NCBI GenBank assembly: GCA_030390025.1
Contig: CM059432.1
Coordinates: forward strand, 95,916,001-95,980,000
Reading direction: 5' to 3'
Source of the DNA: Squalus acanthias
Lineage: Eukaryota
Length of the DNA stretch: 64,000 nt
Of this stretch, positions 45,703 through 55,969 are shown piece by piece. The number at the start of each line of letters is the position of its first letter. Position 1 is the stretch's first letter. Below the pieces are notes generated by a model, which saw only the letters and a program-made list of their open reading frames with translations, searched no databases and had not been told where the DNA came from. The position numbers were made by a program, and so were the translations under genes.

Positions 45703-48700
45703 TGGCTGAAATTTTCCCTTTGAAATGACTGTGGGTTTGCGAGTGGGTGGGATGTTAAAAGCGCTGAAATTGACAGCGTGTCGGGAACCCGCCGACTTCC
45801 ACCTTTTACTCCGGCGCATTTCTCAGCGCACCAGAGACCCACTCAGGAGAGGTAGGCAACCTCATTGAAGTTTATAAGAGGTCGTTAACAGACCGTTAAG
45901 ATGCTTTTCAACCTGAGGTTTCAGCTTTTACTGGGTGCACATGGGATTCACGGGCTTCCTGAAACTCGCCTGTCAAAGCAAGGTGAGAAGTGACCGGCCA
46001 TTGTATGAGTTGAATTGTCAGTTGAAATAATCACATAAATACTCACACCTGCTTCCTTGCCTAAGGGAAAGGCTCTTGCTGACACCATTGGTGCAGAGAA
46101 TTTGCTTTCAGGAGTTTTCAGGTGATTCCTGCAACCTCGGAAGTCACTCTCACTACATTGCAGGATTGTGCCTCTGATCTTCACTTTACCTGGCATCTAT
46201 CAGATCAGCATGAGTGGCGCTTATGCTGTTTCACCTTGGACCTCAGATTCGGACCAAGATGAGCCCCAGCACCAACAACACCAGCAGCAGCAGCCACCAC
46301 AACAGCAGTCTTCTCCTCAATGACCTGATGCTCCACAGGAGAGAGGGGGTCAGCACAGGGGTGCACTGCACCGGAGGCGATATCCCCAGCACAGGGTATA
46401 TAGGCAGAGGATGAGCTTCTTGGACATGATTGAACAGCAGTGCTTCTGGAGGCTCAGGCTATCGCACCAGGTCATCGCAGACATTTGCAGCTTCTTCAAA
46501 GAAGACCTGCTGCTAAGTGGACCTGGTGGACACGTGTTACAAGTGGCTGTCAAAGTCACCACCACCCTCAAATTCTTCACCTCAGGCTCCTTCCAGGTAT
46601 CTGCAGCAGATGTAGAATTCGCAATATTATCGCGATTTTATAAATAAGGAGGAGACACATAGTTTCGTACAAACAGCTTTATTTCAGCAGAATGCTGTCA
46701 GGTTTTCAAAGTGGACACAAGCAGCCTGTAAAATGGCCGCCACGCCTCGTGGCAGAACATTCTAGACTTTTCGATAAGCAGACAAGATGGCGTTCCAATA
46801 AACATTTGTGCGAGATCGTACAAGACTCAGCACATTTGAGATAAATCACAAGACATAATGGGTTTGCATTTTACGCATAAATACTGGAATCGGTCTCCCA
46901 GGTGCGAATAAGGGCTATTGTACCAAGCGATCAAGAACCCATCCAAAGACATTAATATGCAAAATCCCCACGACTCTACGATGAGAGAGCCGTTTGCTAC
47001 GATGAGAGAGCAGAAACGAGTAAACAAGTGGGGTACAGAGACCCCTGATCAACACGTGGGTGGTCAGGTGCTGCAGGAAAAACATCCGAGCAGAGTTTCG
47101 GAATTCTCCGAGTTATCACGAGTGGTGAGCATGAGTCTCGATCCTACAAATCTAGTTTAGGTCAGGTATTGATAGGGGAAGCCCCAAAACCCCTCCAGGG
47201 AGAATACTGGCCGGTTACACAATGGGAGAAGTATTAACGGGTACTCAGGCAGTTACAAGTATCACCGAAACCCATTAAAACGGAGATCACCCTATACAAG
47301 AAGTTTGAGCGCCAAAACTCTGACAAAAGAAAAGACATTAAGATTGGGCGGGAAAAGAGGAATTACAGCACTATAACTGTAAGGTACAACCGTCCATCGC
47401 TCTTGACTCCTTGCCGCTTGCCTCGTGCCTCTGCCTCTTGCTGCTCGACTTGCTGGAAGACTATTGAACTTTCTGATCCGCCAGGATCAACCTCGTGGCT
47501 TGCCGCGAAGATCTGTGTGGAACTGGGCTGTGAGGCCTTGAAACGGGCACACCATCCCGAGAAGTCGGTAAACGGTGTTGGAACCGAAGGCCCGAGATGA
47601 GATGAGATGAGATGAGAAGAGAAGAAGACGACAATACGTATCGCCACGGTCAGTAAGCCCCGACCGCGCCTGCAAGTCGAATAAACACTTTTCCTTGCCC
47701 AGGAAGACCATTCTTCGAGTTTTATCGCATCGGGGCGAGGGCACAGGAAGACTATTTTTCGAGTCGTGTCGGAACTCCGAGGACAACACAGATCTTCATG
47801 ACAGCAGACGGTCCAGCCTGCTAGCCGGAGCAGAAACGAGTAAACAAGTGGGGTACAGAGACCCCTGATCAACACGTGGGTGGTCAGGTGCTGCAGGAAA
47901 AACATCAGAGCAGAGTTTCGGAATTCTCCGAGTTATCACGAGTGGTGAGCATGAGTCTCGATCCTACAAATCTAGTTTAGGTCAGGTATTGATAGGGGAG
48001 GGTTTAAGTTTTAAGAATAATTGTAATGTGTGCCCCCTTTTACGATGTGTCGTGCGCTCCTCGTTTCCCTAAAATTAGTTACATAACTGCGTGTAAGATT
48101 GTACTGTCATTAATCTGTGCTTATGACATGTATTTCGTAATCTTGAATAATATGCAATAAAGATTTTCCATTTCGCACTATTCAACCGGGTCTACCTGAG
48201 TTTTCTCTGCATTATTGCTCTCGCATCTAAGTCCAGTGTCAGAACCGTAAGGGCGAGTGGGTCGAACCACTCACAGGTGTCTAGTGCTACCAGGCTGGCT
48301 GGAGACCAGAACAGGCAACAAGGCCTAACCTCGCACTAGCACCCAGGCTAAGCACAGAGCCTCAGGCGTGTCAAAACCCTTACACAGACACTTCCAGGAT
48401 CTCGCAGTCGGCCGCACACACATGCATGACCCAGGTGACCGATGCCATGTTTCACAAGTCAGGCACTTATGTGCACTTTGCCACTGATGAAGCCAGTGTG
48501 ACTGAGCGTGTGCTCGACTTTGTGGCTCTGGCTGGCTTCCCACAGGTGCAGGGTGTCATCGACAGCACACATGTGCCCATCAAGGCACCCCCAGATCACC
48601 CAGGAGTGTTCGTGAACCGGTAGGGCTTCCACTCCCTCAATGTGCAGCTCATCTGCAACCATAAAAAGATCATCATGCGTGTGTGTGCCAGATTCCCAGG

Positions 48701-49290
48701 AAGCTATCATGACTCTTTCATGCTACACCAGTCCACCCTCCCTCAGCTCTTCGCATGTCCAACCAGATTTACTGGCTGGCTACTTGGAGACAAGGGCTAT
48801 CCACTGAAGACGTGGCTGATGATACCCTTGAGGAGGCCAAGCAATGAGGGCGGGGAGCACTATAATCAAAGCCACATCACGACCAGATGTGTAATAGGGC
48901 AAGTAATTGGGATGTTGAAGATGTACTTCAGATACCTGGAGAGATTTGGAGGAGCCCTTCAGTACGCACCAGCCAAGGTCTCCAGAATGATCGTCGTATG
49001 CTGCGCACTGCACAACAGAGTGCAGCAGCGAGAATTGGAGCTGCAGCAGGAGCAAGGCACAGAGCGTCCTTGGAGGAGGAGGAGGAGGAGGAGGAACCTG
49101 AGGTGCTAATGGCGCCAGCAGCGGCACACATTGCGGGAGGCCAGGGATAGACACATAATGGCACGATTTAGTTAGGTTGCAGCAGTGCACCCATATGGCA
49201 CCCAGATGCTGAAACAAATTCCCCCCTCCTACCAAAATCACAAAACAGTCCTAAAATTACCAAACCATTCCTGTCACACACATACCCATT
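45703..49290 (+). mobile_element. Harbinger transposon, HARBI1 half (different subfamily), interrupted by a solo LTR and truncated by a LINE
   Basis: TIR-like GGCTGAAATTTT; VKVTTTLKFFTSGSFQ, then after the [21 protein letters not shown] and CCALHN; in-frame stop at ~48621. Confidence 0.85.
46611..48384 (+). mobile_element. Long solo LTR (1774 bp including a 172-bp internal duplication), copy C
   Basis: TGTA...TACA ends; TSD CAGA (46607-46610 / 48385-48388); TATAA at 47372; AATAAA at 48156-48161. Confidence 0.88.
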
Positions 49291-51620
49291 GCTCGAGGTT
49301 AAGTTTTTTTAAAATTCGTTTGTGGGATGTGGGCGTCGCTGGCAAGGCCAGCATTTATTGCCCATCCCAAATTGCCCTTGAGAAGGTGGTGGTGAGCCGC
49401 CTTCTTGAACTGCTGCAGTCCGTGTGGTGAAGGTACTCCCACAGTGCTGTTAGGATTTTGATCCAGCGACGATGAAGGATTGGTGATATACTTCTAAGTT
49501 AGGATGGTGTGTGACTTGGAGGGAAACTTGGAGGTGGTGGTGTTCCCCATGCGCCTGCTGCCCTTGTCCTTCGAGGTGGAAGAGGTCGCGGGTTTGGGAG
49601 GTGCTGCCGAAGAAGCCTTGGCGAGTTGCTGCAGTGCATCTTGTAGATGGTACACACTGCAGCCACGGTACGCCGGTGGTGGAGGGAGTGAATGTTTAAG
49701 GTGGTGGATGGGGTGCCAATCAAGCAGGACTGCTTTGTCCTGGATGGTGTCGAGCTTCTTCAGTGTTGTTGGAGCTGCACTCATCCAGGCAAGTGGAGAG
49801 TATTCCATCACGCTTTACTTGTGACTTGTAGATGGTGGAAAGGCTTTGGGGAGTCAGGAGGTGAGACACTCACCGCAGAATACCTAGCCTCTGGCCTGCT
49901 CTTGTTGCCACAGTATTTATGCAGCTGGTCCAGTTAAGTTTCTGGTCAGTGGTGACCCCCAGGATGTTGATGTTGGAGGATTCGGCGATGGTAATGCCGT
50001 TGAATGTCAAGGGGCAGTGATTAGACTCTCGCTTGTTGGAGATAGTCATTGCCTGGCACTTGTGTGGCACGAATGTAACCTGCCACTTATCAGCCCAAGC
50101 CTGAACATCGTCTAGGTCTTGTTACATGCGGGCATGGACTGCTTCATTATCTGTGGAGTTGTGAATGGCACTGAACACTGTGCAGTCATCAGCAAACATC
50201 CCCATTTCTGACCTTATGTTGGAGGGAAGATCTTTGATGAAGCAGCTGAAGATGGTTGGGCCTAGGACACTGTCCTGATGAACTCCTGCAGCGATGTCCT
50301 AGGGCTGTGATGATTGACCTTCAACCACCACAACCATCTTCCTTTGTGCTAGGTATGACTCCAGCCAATGGAGAGTTTTCCCCCGATTCCCAATGACTTC
50401 AGTTTTACTAGGGCTCCTTGATGCCACACTCAGTCAAATGCCGCCTTGATGTCAAGGGCAGTCACGAAGGAGGCCATTCGGCCCATCGAGTTCGTGCCGG
50501 CTCTCTGTAGCAATCCAGTCAGTCCCATTCCCCCGCTCTATCCCCGTAGCCCTGCAAGCTTATTTCTCTCAAGTGCCTATCCAGTCTCCCCTTGAAAACA
50601 TTGAGTGTCTCCGCTTCCACCACTTCCGTCGGCAGCGAATTCCAGGTTATCACAACTCGCTGTGTAAAGAAGTTTTTCCTCACATCCCCCCTGTATCTCC
50701 TGCCCAAAACTTAAATCTGTGTCCCCTCGTCCTTGTACCATCAACTAGTGGGAACAGCCTTTCCCCGTCTAGTCTATCCAAACCCGTCATAATCTTGTAC
50801 ACCTCTGTCAAATCACCCCTCAACCTCCTTTGCTCTAATGAAAACAAATCCAGCTTCTCCAACCTGTCCTTATAGCTACGATCCCCCATCCCCAGAACCA
50901 TTATGATAAATCTCTGCACCCTCTCAAGGGCCTTCACATCCTTCCTAAAGTGTGGTGACCAAAACTGGACGCAATACTCCAGTTGTGGCTGAACCAGCGC
51001 TTTATAAAGGTTCAGCATAACTTCTCTATTTATGAAGCCCAAGATCCCATATGCTTTGCTAAGCACTCTCTCATTATGTCCCGCCACCTTCAGGGACCTA
51101 TGCACATTAACTCCCAGGTCCCTCTGTCCCTGCACACTCTTTAAAACTGTGCCATTAAGTGTATATTGCCTCTCCCTGTTCCCTCTGCCAAAATGCATCA
51201 CCTCACACTTCTCTGTATTAAATTCCATCTGCCACTTGTCTGCCCATTCTGCTAGCCTTTCTATGTCCTGTTGCAGTCGATTGGTATCATCATCACTGTT
51301 TGCCACACCCCCAAGTTTGGTGTCATCGGCAAATTTAGAAATTCTACTCTGTATTCCAATATCCAGGTCATTTACATATATCAAAAAAAGCAGTGGCCCC
51401 AGCACTGACCCTTGGGGAACACCACTGTCTAGCATCCTCCAGTCTGAAAAACAGCCATTTACCACAACTCGTTGTTTTCTGTCTTTAAGCCATTTCTTTA
51501 TCTAAGCTGCCACTGACCCACTTATTCCATGAGCCTCAATTTTGTTAACCAGCCTTCTATGTGGTACTTAGTCAAAGGCCTTTCTAAAATCCATGTAAAC
51601 AACATCCATTGCATTCCCAT

Positions 51621-54600
51621 TGTTGAGGCTGCCGCGAAACACGAATTAAGACTGAATCCATGTGTGGAAAACGAGAGACTTTTTAATGCACTGCATGGTA
51701 CAAAATGGCTGAACAGACAGCTCCCAGAATTCTGTGGGAAAATCCTGAGGCCCCGCCCACTCCTGCCTTAAAGGTAAGGTGCCTTAAAGGCAAGGTGTTC
51801 GATATTTGTCCACGGACGGAAAAGTGGATAATGCTCGTTTAGGTGGCGATCCGCCACACAGCTCCCCCCAGAATCCGCTTAGGAGGTGTGGACGAGACGG
51901 TGCGGCGGTCTGATGGGCTGGCCAGAGCGGCTCTTGTAGGACGCCGGTGGATGTGGAACGGCCGGGCGTGGAGCAGCCGGGTGAACCGGCTTGAGTGCAG
52001 GTCGGCCGCGTGGAGGTGGACGAGCTACAGGGACCTGCTCACCGGGCTCCGAGTGTGCTGGCTTGAGTCGGTCAACCGACACTTTTTCGGTCCTGTCGCC
52101 CACTTGCAGGGTGAAAAATTTGTCCCCAGCCTGTAGCACCTTGTAGGGCCCGTCGTACGGGGGTTGAAGGGGTCCGCGGTGGGCGTCGTGCCGGACGAAA
52201 ACAAACCGTGCCTGGTGCAGGCTTAGTGGGACGTGTGAGGTGGATTCGCCGTGTCGGGCAATGGGCACCGGGGCGAACTGCAGCGCCGGTGAGGCGAAGT
52301 CGTGGCGTTGCTGGTCGGCTGACCAGGGTGTCGTGGCGGTGGGCAGGAACTCGCCGGGTACACGCAGCGGCTGACCGTACACGAGCTCTGCTGCCGCTGC
52401 GTGGAGGTCTTCTTTAACCGCGGTGCGCAGGCCGAGGAGGACCCACGGAAGTCGGTCGGTCCAGGCGCCGTCCTGGAGGCTGGCTCGAAGAGATGCCTTC
52501 AAGGATCTGTGGAACCGCTCACACAGTCCGTTGGCTTGGGGGTGGTACGCTGTGGTGCGGTGAATGGTCACCCCGAGATTGCGTGCGACGGCGGTCCAGA
52601 GTTCAGAGGTAAATTGCGGACCTCTGTCCGACGTCATGTCAGAGGGGATGCCGAACCGTGCGACCGAGGTGCTGACGAAGGCTCTGGCGATGTCGGCGGT
52701 GGTGGTAGAGGTCAGTGGAATTGCCTCAGGCCAGCGTGTGGTGCGGTCAACGATGGTCAGCAAGTGCGTGTGGCCTTGCGACGGCGGCAGGGGCCCGACG
52801 ATGTCCACGTGGATGTGGTCGAATCTCCGCGAGGGGACGGTAAACTCCTCGAGGGGTGCTTTCGTGTGTTGCTGTACCTTGGCCCGTTGGCAGGCTAGGC
52901 AGGAGTTGGCCCAAGTACGCACATCCTTGCGAAGGCTGCGCCAGACGAAGCGGTTGGCTACCAATTTGATGGATGCGCGGGCGCCGGGGTGGGAGAGGTT
53001 GTGGAGAATGTCGAATACCCGGCGGCGCCAGGACGCTGGGACGACGGGCCGAGGTTGACATAGGGATATGTCGCACTTGACCGTGACTGCGGTCGGGCCA
53101 CAGGCGACGTCGGCCAGGCGTAGCCCTGGTAGATTGGTAGGTGCGGAGAGCAGATCAGGGTCGGTGATCTGGTCTGCTGCGAGTTGAGCGTAGTCGACTG
53201 CCAGGTGTGCGGCGTGGATGGCGGGGCGGGAGAGGCAGTCGGCTACCACATTGTCTCGGCCGGAGACGTGTTGGATGTCCGTGGTGAACTCGGACACTGC
53301 CGCGAGCTGGCGCTGCTGCCTGGCGGACCAGGGGTCGGTTGTCTTTGCCATTGCGAATGTCAGGGGCTTGTGGTCGACAAACGTAGTGAAGGGGTGGCCC
53401 TCAAGCAAAAACCGAAAATGGCGGACTGCCAGGAACAGCGCGAGGAGCTCGCGGTCGAAGGTGCTGTACTTGACCTCCGGGGGGCGTAGTTGGCGGCTGA
53501 AGAAGGCAAGTGGTTGCCAGGCGCCGTCGACCCACTGCTCATACACGGCGCCGACCACATGGTCGGAGGCGTCCGTGGTGAGCGCTACCCTAGCGAGCAG
53601 GGTGGCGTTGGTGAGCGCGGTCTTGGTGGAGTCGAAGGCGGCGGACGCGTCTGCCGTCCATTCGACCGCCATCTTGCCGCTCCTACCCCGGAGGGCTTCA
53701 TACAGGGGCCTCATGAGGGACGCCGCTTTGGGGATGAAGCGGTTATAGAAATTCACCATCCCGAGGAACTCCTGGAGGCCTTTGATGGTGGTGGGGGGGG
53801 GAAATTGTTGGACGGCCTGCACCTTGGTGGGTTGGGGAATGGCCCCAGCATGGGTGATGTGGTGGCCGAGGAAGTCGATCTTGTCCAGGCCGAACTGGCC
53901 TTTGGCTGGGCTGAGGATGAGCCCGTGGTCGCTGAGGCGCCCGAACAGGATGCGAAGGTGATCGAGGTGTTCCTGCTTGGAGGAACTGGCTACCAGGATG
54001 TCGTCCAGGTAGACGATACAGGAACTTCTGGTCCCGAAGGACGGAGTCCATGAGCCGTTGGAATGCCTGGGCCGCGTTTTTGAGGCCGAAGGGCATCCGC
54101 AGGAACTCGAACAGGCCGAAGGGGGTGATTACGGCCGACTTGGGGACGTCCGCGGGGTGGACGGGGACTTGGTGGTAGCCGCGCACCAGGTCGACCTTGG
54201 AAAAGACTGAGCGGCCGGCCAGTCTAGCCGAGAAGTCCTGAATGTGCGGCACGGGGTACCGATCAGGGGTGGTGGCGTCGTTGAGGCGGCGGTAATCCCC
54301 GCAGGGGCGGCAACCTCCGCCTGGTTTGGGGGCGATGTGGGAGTGGGGAGGCCCAGGGACTGTTGGAGCGACGGATGATGCCGAGCTGTTCCATGGTGGC
54401 AAACTCGGTCCGCGCGATCTCCAGTTTGGTCGGGTCCAGCCTGCGGGCGTGGGCGTACACTGGGGGGCCTGTGGTGGGGATGAAGTGTTCCACCCCGTGT
54501 TTGGCGGCCTCCGCGGAGAAGGTCGGATTGGTAAGGGCCGGGAATTCGGCCAGGAGTGCCGAGTAGTCATCCGTGGCCCGGGCGTGGCACTGTGACGCCA

Positions 54601-55969
54601 TGTCGGCGGGTTGACGGGGGGCCATGGCGCCCAGGATGGGGGACATGGTGTTCATGTCCATGAGGCGGTGACGGGGGATGTCTACCAGTAGGCCGTGGGC
54701 GCACAGGAAATCTGCGCCGATGAGAGGGGAGAGCACCTTGGCAGTGATGAACTCCCATCGGTAGCGGCGACCAGCGAGGTCGAGGGTGACTGTCCGGGTG
54801 CCATACGTCCGGATTTCCGAGCCGTTAGCAGCAGCCAGCGCCGGTCCTCATTCGCCCTTTTGGATGTCGAGGGAGGAGGCTGGGATGATGCTGTGCTGAG
54901 CCCCAGTGTCGCACAGGAACCGGCGGCCGGTTTTGTCACCTGTGACGAACAGCAGGGAGTCCGTGTGGCCTACGGCCATCGCGGGGGCTGGTACGGAGGC
55001 GGACTTGAAAGAGCAGGGAGGTGTGCACTGTTGTGCCCTGGCGCCGAACCGTGCGTGGTAGTAACAGTGGCCCGGGTTAGTGGGGCGCGAAGGCCCCGTG
55101 GGCCTGGTGGCAGGACCTTGTGGCCGCGTGGTGGCCGGTGAGGGGCACGCCCAGGCATTGGCTGCCAGGTCCGGAGTGACGTCGCGGCTGGAGTGAGCGG
55201 ACAGCAGCTTGTCGGCCTCATCGGCCAGGGCTTCCAGGTTCGTGAGGCCGGACGCCACGATCGCTGGGCGGATGCTGAGAGGGAGCTGGCGGGTGAACAG
55301 CGTGCGGAAGAGGGATCCGTGTGGGCTCTCGTCGGTGAGGGAGAGCATGTGGGAGAGCAGGTCTGACGGTGAGGCATCACCGAGGCCTGGAAGGTCGAGG
55401 AGGTGGCAGTTTCGCTGATATGCCGAGGCCGTAAATTTTTTAAGGAGCGCGGCCTTGAGATGTGCATACTTGCCTTCCTCTGGTGGGTTCTGCAGCGCTG
55501 TCCAAACCTTCGAAACTGTGGCGCTACCGAGTGATGTGACGAGGTAGTCGTACTGCGTCCCATCTGTGGTGATGTTTCGCAGCCGGAAGCGAGATTCAGC
55601 TTGGAGAAACCAGGCTTCGGGCTGGTTTTCCCAAAACTCCGGCAGTTTCATGGAAACTGCGTTCGTGTCCGCCATTGCAGTGCTCGGAATACGTTCTGAG
55701 CGTCGGGGTCACCAATGTTGAGGCTGCCGCGAAACACGAATTAAGACTGAATCCATGTGTGGAAAACGAGAGACTTTTTAATGCACTGCATGGTACAAAA
55801 TGGCTGAACAGACTGCTCCCAGAATTCTCTGGAAAAATCCTGAGGCCCCGCCCACTCCTGCCTTAAAGGTAAGGTGCCTTAAAGGTAAGGTGCCTTAAAG
55901 GCGAGGTGTTCGATATTTGTCCACGGACGGAAAAGTGGATAATGCCCGTTTAGGTGGCGATCCGCCACA
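51621..55969 (-). mobile_element. Full-length Gypsy LTR retrotransposon, CsRn1 lineage, copy 3 (frameshifted)
   Basis: LTRs 51621-51858 and 55716-55969; TSD CCAT; tRNA-Trp PBS; PPT. Confidence 0.96.
51879..55675 (-). pseudogene. gag-pol of Gypsy copy 3
   Basis: Same domains as copy 2; frameshifts near 54850, 54340 and 54015, plus a short in-frame deletion near 53590. Confidence 0.92.
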
